Shown: positions 19,929 to 30,067, counted from the stretch's first letter. The stretch is 64,000 nucleotides of DNA from Nannocystales bacterium (GCA_050633305.1 JBOEGF010000010.1:841915-905914), one strand, 5' to 3'. Translations and numbers: made by a program. The notes: generated by a model not told the origin, from the sequence alone.

Positions 19929-21740
19929 GTGGTGTCCGCACGGTCTCTTGTGATGCTCGCGCTCCTGGCTGGATGCGCACTTCCTGCGGTGGATGCGGGG
20001 ACCGACGGCGGTGGGGTGAACACGGCCGGGCCGGGTACCTCAACAGCGGCGACGTGGACATCCGCAGGGTCTACGGGGGCGGGGGACGCCGGCCGTGCAA
20101 CGACGGGAGGAGGTGTTGCCACCTCCACTTCCAGCTCCACCTCGGGCGTCGAGGAATCGGGGAGCACGAGCGGACCCGCTGCGACGTCGACGGGCGGTGG
20201 GAATGGTGAGGGCGGCAGCACGGGGGAAACCACTCTCGCCGGCGGTGACTCGAGCAGCGGGAGCAGCACTGGAGATGGGCCCGTCGTCCCCCTCGTGACG
20301 GTCTTCGAGTCGTTTACGGAGGCGTCAGGCTTGGACATGCCCCACGACTGCGTCTACGAAGCGCAATACCCACCGGGTATTGGTGCTCGAGATTTCGACG
20401 GCGACGGGCACCAAGACCTGTTGCTGACCAGCTGGGAGAGCCCGAGCCGGCTATGGCTTGGCAATGGGGCCGGTGGCTTCGCCGAGTCGGCGGGCGGCCC
20501 GTTGCTCGTCGAACACACGAGCACGGGCGTTGCCGTCGGCGACTACGACAACGATGGGCAGGCCGATGTGTTCGTCGCGGGGACAAGCGCGGGGGTTCTT
20601 CTGCAAGGCGGTGGCGGTCTGGTCGACGTCACAGACGCTGCGGGTGTGACCTCGAGTATCGACGGGACGGTGGGCGCGTGGGGGGACTACGACTCCGATG
20701 GCGACCTCGATCTCTTCACGGGGGCCTGGAACGCCGAGACGTTGGTGGGCTCCCAGGAGTTGTTCCGAAACGAAGGCGATGGGACGTTCACGGACATGAG
20801 CGCGACTCTCGAGGTCGCGGCCGCCGGGAGGCCCGTGCTCGCGGCGAGTTTTCTCGACTACGACAACGACGGGGACCCGGACCTCTACGTCGTGGTCGAC
20901 AAGTCGCATGGCAACGTGTTGTGGCGCAACGATGGCCCCGGTTGCGGGGGCTGGTGCTTCACCGACGTGGCCGAAGAAACTGGGTCTGCGCTCCAGATCA
21001 ACGGCATGGGGTTGGCGGTCGCCGACTACGACAACGATGGCGACCTCGACCTGTACATGACGGATATTACCGCGGCGTATCTGCTGCAGAATCAGACCGT
21101 GCAGGGCGAACCGGTGTTCGTGGATGTCACCGGAGAGGCCGGGGTTCACATCCCTGGCGTCGGATGGGGCGCGTTCTTCTTCGACTACGACAACGACGGG
21201 CTGCAGGACCTCTACGTTGCTCAGGGGCAGTACGGGGGCGGGCCTTTCTCCGCGAACATCTTGTTCCACAACCTCGGAGACGGGTCGTTCGACGGTCTGG
21301 GGAGCGTGAGCGGTGCGGTGGACGTCGGGTTCTCGCAAGCGGTGGCGTACGGAGACTTCGACGAGGACGGGTTTTTGGATCTGGTGGTCGGAAACCGGCA
21401 GGACGCCTATGCGCTGTATCGCAACAAGGCCGACTTTGGGACCGACAACAACTGGGTCGAGGTCGAGCTCCTCGGTGCTGCGCCGATCACGTCCGATGCT
21501 GCGGGCACTCGCGCCTGGGTCTCGACCGAGGACGGTGTGACGCAACTTCAAGAGGTGAAGCTCGGTTCCAGCATGTCCTCGACGAACATGCTTCCGCTGC
21601 ACTTCGGCCTGGGCGGCAACGACGGCGCCGAGCTTTCGGTGCGTTGGCCCAACGGTGAGACCGCAGCGTTCACCCTCCAGGACACGGACATCAACCAGCG
21701 CATCGTGGTGACCTACCCCGGCGCACTCGCACCCAAGTAG
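19929..21740 (+). CDS. CRTAC1/ASPIC-UnbV family FG-GAP repeat lipoprotein
   Basis: Lipobox LAGC, repeated DYDNDGDxDL motifs, C-terminal 'NNWVEVEL...LHFGLG...VRWPNG'. Confidence 0.88.
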   Translation: MVSARSLVMLALLAGCALPAVDAGTDGGGVNTAGPGTSTAATWTSAGSTGAGDAGRATTGGGVATSTSSSTSGVEESGSTSGPAATSTGGGNGEGGSTGETTLAGGDSSSGSSTGDGPVVPLVTVFESFTEASGLDMPHDCVYEAQYPPGIGARDFDGDGHQDLLLTSWESPSRLWLGNGAGGFAESAGGPLLVEHTSTGVAVGDYDNDGQADVFVAGTSAGVLLQGGGGLVDVTDAAGVTSSIDGTVGAWGDYDSDGDLDLFTGAWNAETLVGSQELFRNEGDGTFTDMSATLEVAAAGRPVLAASFLDYDNDGDPDLYVVVDKSHGNVLWRNDGPGCGGWCFTDVAEETGSALQINGMGLAVADYDNDGDLDLYMTDITAAYLLQNQTVQGEPVFVDVTGEAGVHIPGVGWGAFFFDYDNDGLQDLYVAQGQYGGGPFSANILFHNLGDGSFDGLGSVSGAVDVGFSQAVAYGDFDEDGFLDLVVGNRQDAYALYRNKADFGTDNNWVEVELLGAAPITSDAAGTRAWVSTEDGVTQLQEVKLGSSMSSTNMLPLHFGLGGNDGAELSVRWPNGETAAFTLQDTDINQRIVVTYPGALAPK

Positions 21741-21752
21741 GGGGCCGCGCAC

Positions 21753-21784
21753 AAAAAAGCGCGGAAGCTCGAGGCTTCCACGCT
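21753..21784 (-). terminator. Probable terminator between convergent genes
   Basis: AAAAAA followed by the hairpin GCGCGGAAGC-TCGA-GGCTTCCACGC. A second hairpin GGATTCCG/CGGAATCC is adjacent. Confidence 0.6.
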
Positions 21785-21837
21785 CGTCGGCTGGATTCCG
21801 CTGCCTGGAGGCGCCGGAATCCGAGACCGCTACTCGA

Positions 21838-23736
21838 CTACGGAGCCGGGCATGCGCTCGTTGCCGGGATCATGCAGGCTGTGCCGTCGGTCGTGGTCGT
21901 GAACGCGCCGTCGTTGCAGCCCGCCGTGAAGGCCGTGTTGCCGTCGATGCTCGAGATTCCCATCGTCGCGCTTCCCAAACCAGGGGCGTTCGGGCCGAAT
22001 ACCGAGACTGCCTCGCCGGTCGTCGGGTAGAGGACCAGGTTCAAGTCGAACACGTTCGCCGTGTTCCACTGGTTGATTCCGTTCCAGAAGAACACGTCGC
22101 ACTCGACGGCTCCTGCGGTGTCGGACTCTCGAGGGCACATTCCGGCGTCGAAGTGCTCGTAGTACACGACGCCGCCCTGGTCGGTGTCGAGATCGTCGTG
22201 GTAGGCGGCGATCGTTCCCGGCCGGTTGCCGTTCATCGGGCAGTCGTTGCTGAAGTCGCTCCCCGTGTTCTCGGCGCTGATGTAGCCGCAAGGGTTGACG
22301 AACCAATCGAGCTGATCGACGCCGTGGATGTTGAACGCAGCGGGGAGCGTGATCGGTGTGGGGTCGAAGCCACAGTTGCCCGAGGCCGCAGTTGCCAGGC
22401 CGGTCATGGAGATGTCGATGATGTCCGTGTCGGCGCAAGCGGCCGGGTCAGCACCGTCACTGAAGTTGGCGACATAGGCACCGCCGTCGCCGACGTCAGC
22501 GGTGCAGCAGTCTGCCGCGTCGAAGGCAGCACAGTCGGCGGCGCAGCCGAGCACGCCATAGCCCGCCAGGTCGTCGTTCTCCACCGCGCACGTGCTCGGG
22601 GCGTTCGTGCCGTCGCAGGTCTCAGTGAAGGTGACGATGTCGTTGCCGCAGGCCTCCGGGTTGCCTTCGGTCACCAGGTAGTTGACGCACCACTCGTTGA
22701 GCGTGCCTTCGTTGGCGAGTGTGTCGTTGTCGGTGATGTCGAGCTGCCACACACCGGCGGGGTCGGGGATACCGGTGAAGGCATCGAGCGAGCCCTCGGG
22801 AAGGACGGCACCGTCGACCGCAGGAGGTCCGCCGCAAGCGGGGACTGCGGCTGCGCCAGCGTCGTACTCACCGTTGATGTCCGCGTCGGCTCCACAGATA
22901 CCGGACTGAAGTCGTGCGGAGGTGGTGGTGTCGTTGTGGGAGATCGTGATGTCGAGGTCTCCGACCGCAGCGTGAGCCGCGTCGACCGAGATGTTGACGT
23001 CGGCCACGAAGGCGCCTGCGGGCAGCGTGATCGTGTCGGTCGTCAGCGCCACGTCACCGGCTCCGATCGCGGAGCCTGGGGTGTTGCACATGCTGAACGC
23101 GGTGGTGCACATCGAGGTGTCGAACGCGGTGCAGTCCTTGGCGCAACCCAGGGTTCCGCCGTCGAAGTCGAGGTCCGCACAGGTCGTGTCGGCGAGATCG
23201 GTTCCGTCGCAAACCTCATCGCCCTCGACCGTGTCGTTGGCGCACAGCTGAGCAATGCAGCCGCTGGTGTCGAACTCGGTGCAGTCGTCAGCACAGGCGA
23301 GGTCGCCTCCGCCAACGAAGCCCTGGCTTTCGCAGGTCTCGTCGGCCAACGCGGAACCGTCGCAGACTTCTTTGTCTTCGATGGCGTCGTCGCCACACAT
23401 CGCGCCGCCGCCCGAGGAGCTGCTGTCGCCCACGGTGTCGGTTTCGGCGACCGTGTCGGTACCGGTGTCCGTTCCAGTAGACGGGGTGTCCGTTTCACCG
23501 GACGTCGGGTCGGTGTCGCCCGTGGTCGTGGTCGTGGTGGTCGGCGTGGTGGTGGGGTCGGTAGTGGGCGTGGTGGTGGGGTCGCTGTCGCTGTCGCCCC
23601 CCGTGGTGCCCGAGTCGGTGTCCGAGTCGCTTCCGGAGCTCGAAACGTCGTCGTCACAAGCGGTGGCCACGAGACAGATCGAAAGGATCGCGGCGAGTCG
23701 TGACGTTGTGGTCGTATGGGTCTTGTAGAGTTTCAT
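21838..23736 (-). CDS. Large Cys-rich surface lipoprotein with myxobacterial 'CGD...ExCDG' repeats and a proprotein-convertase P-like domain
   Basis: Lipobox ATAC, Thr-rich linker, three ExCDG repeats, 'HAAVGDLDITISH...GVWQLDITD...GTLNEWC'. Confidence 0.8.
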   Translation of the reverse strand: MKLYKTHTTTTSRLAAILSICLVATACDDDVSSSGSDSDTDSGTTGGDSDSDPTTTPTTDPTTTPTTTTTTTGDTDPTSGETDTPSTGTDTGTDTVAETDTVGDSSSSGGGAMCGDDAIEDKEVCDGSALADETCESQGFVGGGDLACADDCTEFDTSGCIAQLCANDTVEGDEVCDGTDLADTTCADLDFDGGTLGCAKDCTAFDTSMCTTAFSMCNTPGSAIGAGDVALTTDTITLPAGAFVADVNISVDAAHAAVGDLDITISHNDTTTSARLQSGICGADADINGEYDAGAAAVPACGGPPAVDGAVLPEGSLDAFTGIPDPAGVWQLDITDNDTLANEGTLNEWCVNYLVTEGNPEACGNDIVTFTETCDGTNAPSTCAVENDDLAGYGVLGCAADCAAFDAADCCTADVGDGGAYVANFSDGADPAACADTDIIDISMTGLATAASGNCGFDPTPITLPAAFNIHGVDQLDWFVNPCGYISAENTGSDFSNDCPMNGNRPGTIAAYHDDLDTDQGGVVYYEHFDAGMCPRESDTAGAVECDVFFWNGINQWNTANVFDLNLVLYPTTGEAVSVFGPNAPGLGSATMGISSIDGNTAFTAGCNDGAFTTTTDGTACMIPATSACPAP

Positions 23737-24032
23737 GAGGTCCAGTTGGGGACGGCAAGTCCGGCCGCGATGTTTGCCCGGACGGTCACAGAAACGCAAC
23801 AGCTCCGCGTTTTCGGTGTTTCGTGGGCGATAGTGGGTTCGGCTGTTCCCCAAACTTCGATTTCTAACAGTGTCCGGTATCGAAGCGCGTTCCCGAGCTG
23901 AACTCCGTGGAAATGGCAGAATTCGGAGCATCGATCTGCCTCTGAGGGACACCTTTTATTTCCGTGAGAGGGCTCGCGGATCGGCAGGCCGTATGTCGGC
24001 ACGCAGCGGTGCGTGTGGGTGGAACTGCGGGC

Positions 24033-24773
24033 TTATGGCACCGACTCGAAGAGCACGATGCGCAAGACCTCGGCCTGCACGAAGCCCCCCGAGGCGAGTT
24101 CCTCGGGGTAGTCCCCTCGGGAGAATCGACGGAGCACATATCGTGCATCGCACCGAAGCTCGCCGTCGTTGGTCAGCACCCCCGCGGGGACGGTCCACGT
24201 ACCCGTGTCGTCGACACGCACGCCGCCTTGTCCCTTGTAGTCGTGCTCGACCTCGTCCGAGACGATGCAACGGCCGCCTCCCAGCTCCTCCTGCAGTTCG
24301 ACCTGCATTTCGCCTCCCTCGTCAGCTGGCTCCCACGCGAGCTCGATCGGCTCCGACCGAGAGACCTCGAGCCCAGGTGCGGGGGCTGTCAGCTCGAAGC
24401 GAGGAGGCCGCTGCACGGACGCTGTGACCACCTCATCCTCGTTTGCGCGGTCGAGTTCGACGCTGATCTCCTCGCCATCCTCCCCGTCGAGGGTCAGCGT
24501 GTACTCGGTTCGGTCCTCCTGGTTCGTCTCCCGTGCGTCTTGACCGTTGATCAGGACACGGTCGCCGTCGCACTTGGCCCACGAGATCGGGAGGGTTGCC
24601 CGGTCGCCTGTGGCGAAATCGACGGCAACCCGAACCTCTTCGCCGTCGTCGGTGCGCAAGTCGACCGCCCGCAGGACCATCGATAGCTCGTCGTTCCCCG
24701 CGCGGCATCGATCCGGGGTGCACCCCGAGCTTGCCCAGACGGCGAGCGGAAACGCGAGCAGGGCCAAACGCAT
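24033..24773 (-). CDS. Hypothetical lipoprotein
   Basis: MRLALLAFPLAVWASSGC lipobox, acidic beta-rich body. Confidence 0.7.
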   Translation of the reverse strand: MRLALLAFPLAVWASSGCTPDRCRAGNDELSMVLRAVDLRTDDGEEVRVAVDFATGDRATLPISWAKCDGDRVLINGQDARETNQEDRTEYTLTLDGEDGEEISVELDRANEDEVVTASVQRPPRFELTAPAPGLEVSRSEPIELAWEPADEGGEMQVELQEELGGGRCIVSDEVEHDYKGQGGVRVDDTGTWTVPAGVLTNDGELRCDARYVLRRFSRGDYPEELASGGFVQAEVLRIVLFESVP

Positions 24774-24886
24774 CGGGTCGTAGCGTAGCCCATTCCCGAG
24801 CACACATCGCCCCACCTGCTCGTGTTCATAAAAACTGCGAAGACGGCCGAAGGACGGTACGGTCGGGCTGGGGACCCCCGCCGGGT

Positions 24887-25582
24887 ATGTCGAGCGAGTC
24901 GAGCAACGTGAACGATCGGATTTCGATCGGTCGAATTCCACTGAAGCAAGTGCGCGTGAGTCGGACCGAGCGGGAGAGCGAGCCTCGACCGAACCCGATG
25001 AACAACCTGGTCCCGTACCTGGACTTGTTCTGTCGGTTGGATGACGCCGAGCTGGCGCGCTTGGGCGGTGTCGAGGCCGACGTGGTCGTGTCTCTGCGCG
25101 CACAGGTCGATGCGATCAACGAGGGGCTGTCCGCGTACGCGGACCTGCTTCCGCGGCTCGCTGACGCCGAACTCGTCCGTTTGACCGGGGCAAGCGATCG
25201 CACGATTCGGTTCTGGCGCTTGTGTCAGCCTCGCCACGCGGCGGCTGCCAAGCCTGCCGCGCCTGCGGCCGCAAAGCCAACCGAGGCTCGCGGACCGGCA
25301 GCTGGAGCCGCGGGAGTGCCCGGGCCAAGTGGGCGCACTCCCACCGCCCCACATTCGGTGGTCGTCGAGGCGCCCGCGGAGAACACCGGACGTGCTCCGT
25401 CCGCGGCCGACATGACGGCAACGGGGCCGGCCAGCGGAGAAGGTGACGGAGCGGGGTACGTGACGCTCTCCGGCGCGCCGTTCCCTGGATTCGATGACGC
25501 GGCTGGCGACGACGACGGTGTTGGCCTCGAAGGCGTCTCGCTCGACGGTGAGCCCGACCCTCTCGGCCTCGGCGATCCCTAG
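24887..25582 (+). CDS. Hypothetical protein with duplicated HTH-like motif
   Basis: Internal repeat YLDLFCRLDDAELARLGG / YADLLPRLADAELVRLTG. Start uncertain (24887 or 24998). Confidence 0.6.
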   Translation: MSSESSNVNDRISIGRIPLKQVRVSRTERESEPRPNPMNNLVPYLDLFCRLDDAELARLGGVEADVVVSLRAQVDAINEGLSAYADLLPRLADAELVRLTGASDRTIRFWRLCQPRHAAAAKPAAPAAAKPTEARGPAAGAAGVPGPSGRTPTAPHSVVVEAPAENTGRAPSAADMTATGPASGEGDGAGYVTLSGAPFPGFDDAAGDDDGVGLEGVSLDGEPDPLGLGDP

Positions 25583-25609
25583 AGCGCTCCCGAGTTCGTA
25601 CCGAGTCCG

Positions 25610-26326
25610 CTACGTTCCCGGGGTGTGGCCGAAGGCGGTGATGTGCAGCCGCGGTCCGAGCCGAAACCCTCGGGTACAACACAGCGCGCTGATGCGTTGG
25701 TAGCGGTCGGTCAGCGCGCCGGGGTCGATGCACTCGGGCATCAGCAACACCCGCTGGGGGTCCGGCTTGCCGAGGGCTTCGAGCATGATGTCGATCTCCG
25801 CCACGTCCTGCGCCAGCGAAGCGTCGCTCTCGGCCCGGACCACGAACTTGAGCTGCCAGGGGAATCGCATCAGCGCGAGGATGGCCTCCGGTTGCCACCG
25901 GGTCCGTTCATGACGCTGGGCGAGGGAGGCGGGCGTCGTCGGCGTACTGTGGGCGAGCTTGGGGCTCAGCGACATCAGGTCGCAAGCCAGGTCGGGGCCG
26001 TCGAGGGTGCCCGCGGTCTCGATCGTGATGTGATGGCCCGCGGAGGAGAGCGCCGCCGTGAGTGCTCCGACATGCGGCGACAGCAGGGGCTCGCCACCGG
26101 TCACCACGACATGCCGTGGCCCCTGCGCGCACCAACGGACGAGCTCGTCCAGGGGGTGCGGGTCTCCCGTGGGCCGCCAGGAACTCTCGGGGGAGTCGCA
26201 CCACACGCAGCGTAGATTGCATCCGGTCAGGCGTACGAAGCTGCTGGGGACGCCCGCGAGAATCCCCTCGCCCTGCACGGACACGAAGCGCTCCTGGATG
26301 CGCAGCGTGGGGGGGTTGGCGGTCAC
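25610..26326 (-). CDS. queE: 7-carboxy-7-deazaguanine synthase (radical SAM)
   Basis: FVSVQGEG, FVRLTGCNLRCVWCDS, VTGGEPL, IETAGT, SLSPKL, PRLHI. Confidence 0.9.
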   Translation of the reverse strand: MTANPPTLRIQERFVSVQGEGILAGVPSSFVRLTGCNLRCVWCDSPESSWRPTGDPHPLDELVRWCAQGPRHVVVTGGEPLLSPHVGALTAALSSAGHHITIETAGTLDGPDLACDLMSLSPKLAHSTPTTPASLAQRHERTRWQPEAILALMRFPWQLKFVVRAESDASLAQDVAEIDIMLEALGKPDPQRVLLMPECIDPGALTDRYQRISALCCTRGFRLGPRLHITAFGHTPGT

Positions 26327-26351
26327 GGCTGCATGCTACATTCCGCGCGCC

Positions 26352-27737
26352 ATGAAGAGGACCCGCATCGCGCATGCGTTGAACCTGCCTGCTCCCCAGT
26401 CCGACCTGCTCCTCAAGGGGTGGGTCCGTACCGTCCGCAACGGCAAGAATGTGTCGTTCATCAATTTGAACGACGGGTCCAACATGGGTGGCATTCAGAT
26501 CGTGGTGCCCAGCGACATGGACGGCATCGAGGACGTCCGCAAGCTCACCACGGGCTCCGCAGTGGAGATTCTCGGCGAGCTCGTCGAGTCCCAGGGCAAG
26601 GGCCAATCGGTCGAGGTTCAGGCCACCAAGGTGACCACCGTGGGTCGGGCCGCCGAGGACTATCCCCTGCAGAAGAAGGGCGCGAGTTTCGAGTTCCTTC
26701 GCACCATCGCGCACCTGCGCAACCGCTCGAACACCTTTGGCGCAACCTTCCGGGTTCGCAGCACCCTGGCCCAGGCGACCCACGCGTTTTTCGCCAACCG
26801 CGGCTTCGTCTACCTGCACACGCCCATCGTCACCGCCTCCGACACCGAAGGCGCCGGCGAGATGTTCCGCGTCACGACGCTGGACATGAACAACCCCCCG
26901 CGTACCGACAAAGGGGACATCGATTGGGACAAGGACTTCTTCGGGAAGCCCGCGTACCTGACCGTCTCGGGCCAGCTCAACGCCGAGGCCTTCGCCATGG
27001 GGATGAGCGACGTCTACACGTTCGGCCCCACGTTCCGCGCCGAGAACTCCAACACCACCCGGCATGCGTCCGAGTTTTGGATGATCGAGCCGGAGGTGGC
27101 GTTCTGCGACCTTTCGGAGAACTGCGACCTGGCCGAAGACTTCGTCAAGCACCTGCTTCGCACCGTGCTCGACGAGCGGGGGACAGACCTCGAGTTCTTC
27201 AACCAGCGCATCGACAAGGGCTTGCTCGAGCGACTGCAGCACGTGGTCGACTCAGGCTTCGAGCGCATGACGTACGCCGAGGCGGTCAAGCGGTTGATCG
27301 ACTCTGGCCAGAAGTTCGAGTACCCGGTCGAGTTCGGCGTCAACCTGCAGGCCGAGCACGAGCGCTACCTGACCGAGACGCTCGTCGGCCGCCCGACGTT
27401 CGTCACCGACTATCCCAAGAGCATCAAGGCGTTCTACATGCGCCGCAACGATGACGGGCAGACCGTCGGTGCTGTCGACTTGCTGGTCCCCGGCGTGGGC
27501 GAGCTCATCGGAGGCTCGGCTCGTGAAGAGCGACTCGATGTTCTCGAGGAGGCCATCCGCGAGTTGGGCCTCGAGCCCGAGGACTACGGCTGGTATCTCG
27601 ACACGCGTCGTTATGGCACCGCACCGCACGCTGGGTTCGGGCTCGGCTTCGAGCGCATGGTCATGTACGCGACCGGGATGCAGAACATCCGCGACGTGAT
27701 CCCGTTCCCGCGCACGCCGCGGAACTGCGAGTTCTAG
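26352..27737 (+). CDS. asnS: Asparagine--tRNA ligase
   Basis: GWVRT, YPLQKK, HLRNRSN, SDTEGAGEMF, LTVSGQL, FGPTFRAENSNT, EHERYL, GFGLGFER, DVIPFPR. Confidence 0.96.
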   Translation: MKRTRIAHALNLPAPQSDLLLKGWVRTVRNGKNVSFINLNDGSNMGGIQIVVPSDMDGIEDVRKLTTGSAVEILGELVESQGKGQSVEVQATKVTTVGRAAEDYPLQKKGASFEFLRTIAHLRNRSNTFGATFRVRSTLAQATHAFFANRGFVYLHTPIVTASDTEGAGEMFRVTTLDMNNPPRTDKGDIDWDKDFFGKPAYLTVSGQLNAEAFAMGMSDVYTFGPTFRAENSNTTRHASEFWMIEPEVAFCDLSENCDLAEDFVKHLLRTVLDERGTDLEFFNQRIDKGLLERLQHVVDSGFERMTYAEAVKRLIDSGQKFEYPVEFGVNLQAEHERYLTETLVGRPTFVTDYPKSIKAFYMRRNDDGQTVGAVDLLVPGVGELIGGSAREERLDVLEEAIRELGLEPEDYGWYLDTRRYGTAPHAGFGLGFERMVMYATGMQNIRDVIPFPRTPRNCEF

Positions 27738-27759
27738 ATCAGGCGTCCGCCGTCTGAAC

Positions 27760-27797
27760 GAAGGGGGCTGCCAGCGAACCGCGGGCGGCCCCCCTTC
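27760..27797. terminator. Strong hairpin between convergent genes (probable terminator)
   Basis: GAAGGGGGCTGCC...GGCGGCCCCCCTTC inverted repeat. No U-tract. Confidence 0.5.
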
Positions 27798-27860
27798 ACG
27801 CCACCACGCCCACGGTCCCCAACCCCGCGCGGCCCGCCCGGACGAGGTTTCAGATTCTCA

Positions 27861-28262
27861 CTACGCGGGCTTCCTGCTCAAGGCTGAGACGGTCGTTGCC
27901 CGCTCTTGTTCGAGCATGGCTTCCAGCGCCTCGGCGGCGTTGTCCGGCAGAACGTCCACCAGCAGTGTGACGGTGGTCGTGTCGCCGTCCGCCTGCGCGG
28001 CCTGCCACGACGCGGCATGGGCTTCGAAGCCGAAAGGCGAGCGTGTGATGGTGTACGCGATCCGGCGGGTGTCATGGTCGACAGAGAAGATTCGCTCATG
28101 AATCTCTGCCCCGTCGGCCGTCCTGCAAACCCGCGAACCCGCTTGGGCCTGTGCACTGGTGAGGAACCCAAACAAGTGGTGAATCTGCTCGGGGTCTGCG
28201 AGTCGCTTCCAGACGGAGTCGAGGTCGTTGTCGATTGCGTATGTTTTGATGACCGTGGCCAT
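27861..28262 (-). CDS. SRPBCC / polyketide cyclase family protein
   Basis: 'DSVWKRLAD', 'GSRVCR...IHERIFSVDHDTRRIAY'. Confidence 0.8.
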   Translation of the reverse strand: MATVIKTYAIDNDLDSVWKRLADPEQIHHLFGFLTSAQAQAGSRVCRTADGAEIHERIFSVDHDTRRIAYTITRSPFGFEAHAASWQAAQADGDTTTVTLLVDVLPDNAAEALEAMLEQERATTVSALSRKPA

Positions 28263-28264
28263 GT

Positions 28265-29044
28265 CTACCTCGCGCTGGCGAACCACATCGCGGTGGCTTC
28301 CATGTTGTGCAGTTCGTCTCGGTACTCGACGTGTTGCTGGTACTCGGGGTCGCGCTTCACGGAGCCGAGGGACTCCGGACTGTCGAGCTGCCAGACGTTG
28401 ATCGCCGCCGCATCGGGGGCGCGCGGGCTGAGCTTGTCGAGGACGCGGTACTCCGCGACCAAGCGCATGCCATGTCGCCGGGTGAGTTGGGCGAGCGAGG
28501 TCTCGTACTCGTGGTGGTCGTCGAACCCGTACCCTTCGTTCATGACCAGCAAGCCGACCAGGATGGTCGCGCCTGTCTCGATCGGGCCTGCGCTGAACTC
28601 CTCTTTGGTCATGTACATCGCCGCGTTGGGCATGTCGTGGATTCGGTCGCGAAGCGGGATATTCTCGGCGTAGCCGGGCGCGGACATCGTCCCCTTCATG
28701 GATTCCGGGGACTCGAGCGCCCAAACACCGATCGTTGAGGCGTGTTTTGGCCCCGCTCCGCCGAGGAACTTCGAGACGGTAAGCGCGCTCGCCCGAGCCA
28801 TGCCGTGCGAGGAGGCGACGGGGGCGATCTTCTCCTCGTACGCATCTTGGTCCGAGGGGCCGTAGCCCTCGTGCATCGGTAGGAACGCGACGAGATGGGC
28901 CGTGGGGTCCTGGATCGCCCCGGATGTCGGTGGTGCCTGCGAGTCCTCTTGCGCTGTCGAGCGGCACGCGGTGGTCAGGGTGAGGGCCCCGAGCAACGCC
29001 ACGAAAGCACGTCTCGAGGTTGAATGGGCGTCTGTGATGCTCAC
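28265..29044 (-). CDS. Exported lipoprotein with tandem DUF1330-like (dimeric alpha/beta barrel) domains
   Basis: SRRAF (Tat-like) plus TTAC lipobox. Two similar halves 'EGYG...YE...HGM...W.L.SPES...P.Y'. Confidence 0.6.
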   Translation of the reverse strand: MSITDAHSTSRRAFVALLGALTLTTACRSTAQEDSQAPPTSGAIQDPTAHLVAFLPMHEGYGPSDQDAYEEKIAPVASSHGMARASALTVSKFLGGAGPKHASTIGVWALESPESMKGTMSAPGYAENIPLRDRIHDMPNAAMYMTKEEFSAGPIETGATILVGLLVMNEGYGFDDHHEYETSLAQLTRRHGMRLVAEYRVLDKLSPRAPDAAAINVWQLDSPESLGSVKRDPEYQQHVEYRDELHNMEATAMWFASAR

Positions 29045-29179
29045 CCCCGAGAACTAGTGTCGGAGCGACTCGTTCGCCATCGTCATGATACGAACAATAT
29101 TCATGCGAGAACGTGACGAATCTCGGGGCGGGAGCGTATGGCCATGACGGACGCAACCGGTGCGGTGCCGTCGGCTCGC

Positions 29180-30067
29180 ATGGAGAACCTGTCGGAACTC
29201 AGAACGTACGTTGCGATCGTGGACACCGGGAGTCTCGCGGGGGCGGCACGACGCGTCGGCGTGAGCCCCAACGCGGTCAGTCGGCGTCTGACCTCGCTCG
29301 AGGCGCGGCTCGGTCGGCGTTTGATCCTCCGCACGACCCGCCGGATCTCCGTGACCGAGGAGGGCACGCGGCTCGCCGCTCAGCTGCGTCGCGCCTTGGA
29401 GACGATCGACCGGGCCGAAATGGAACTCGACGGTCTCGATGGATTGGCCGGCGTGGTCCGTCTCGGCGTTCACGCCGACATGGTCGGACCCGCGTTGTCC
29501 TCGGCGCTCGCTCGCCTCATGGACGAGGAAGCAGGGATCGAACTCGACGTGCAAGTGAGTCATTCGTTCGTCGACCCGGTGGCTGCTGGTCTGGACATCT
29601 CGGTGCATGTTGGTCAGCCGCCGATCAGCTCGCACAAGGCGGCTTCGCTCGGACGACTGGTTTGGGCGTTGGCCGCGGCTCCGTCGTACATCGAGCGCCG
29701 CGGCGCACCTCGCCTCCCGTCCCAGCTTGCCCAACACGACTGTCTTCGCTTGCGCCGCGACCGGCCCGAGACGAGCTGGGTCCTGCGGCGGGGGAGCCGT
29801 GAAGAGCGGTTTGCCGTCGGCGGTCGATTCGAGACAACGGACGGCCGAATGCTCGCCCAAGCGCTCTACGCAGGTCTTGGCATCGGCGTTCTGCTGTCGT
29901 CCGAACTCGACGCCGCCACGGCCCAAGGTCGCCTCGCTCCGGTCCTGAGGCAGTGGACCTGGTCGTCGACGCCAGTCTTCGCGCTCATGCCCCCGGGCCG
30001 GGAGGGGGTCCCTCGCGTCAGGGCCGTCCTGGAGGCGCTGCGAGAGACCACGAAGCGCCTGGCGTGA
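29180..30067 (+). CDS. LysR-family transcriptional regulator (CrgA-like)
   Basis: GSLAGAARR...AVSRRLTSLEARLGRRLILRTTRRISVTEEG, AAPSYI...GAP...HDCL. Confidence 0.92.
   Translation: MENLSELRTYVAIVDTGSLAGAARRVGVSPNAVSRRLTSLEARLGRRLILRTTRRISVTEEGTRLAAQLRRALETIDRAEMELDGLDGLAGVVRLGVHADMVGPALSSALARLMDEEAGIELDVQVSHSFVDPVAAGLDISVHVGQPPISSHKAASLGRLVWALAAAPSYIERRGAPRLPSQLAQHDCLRLRRDRPETSWVLRRGSREERFAVGGRFETTDGRMLAQALYAGLGIGVLLSSELDAATAQGRLAPVLRQWTWSSTPVFALMPPGREGVPRVRAVLEALRETTKRLA

Noticed and set aside
25610..26326. queE as part of a 7-deazaguanine DNA-modification (dpd) island
   Set aside because: No dpdA/tgt-like or other que genes are nearby, and the context is housekeeping.
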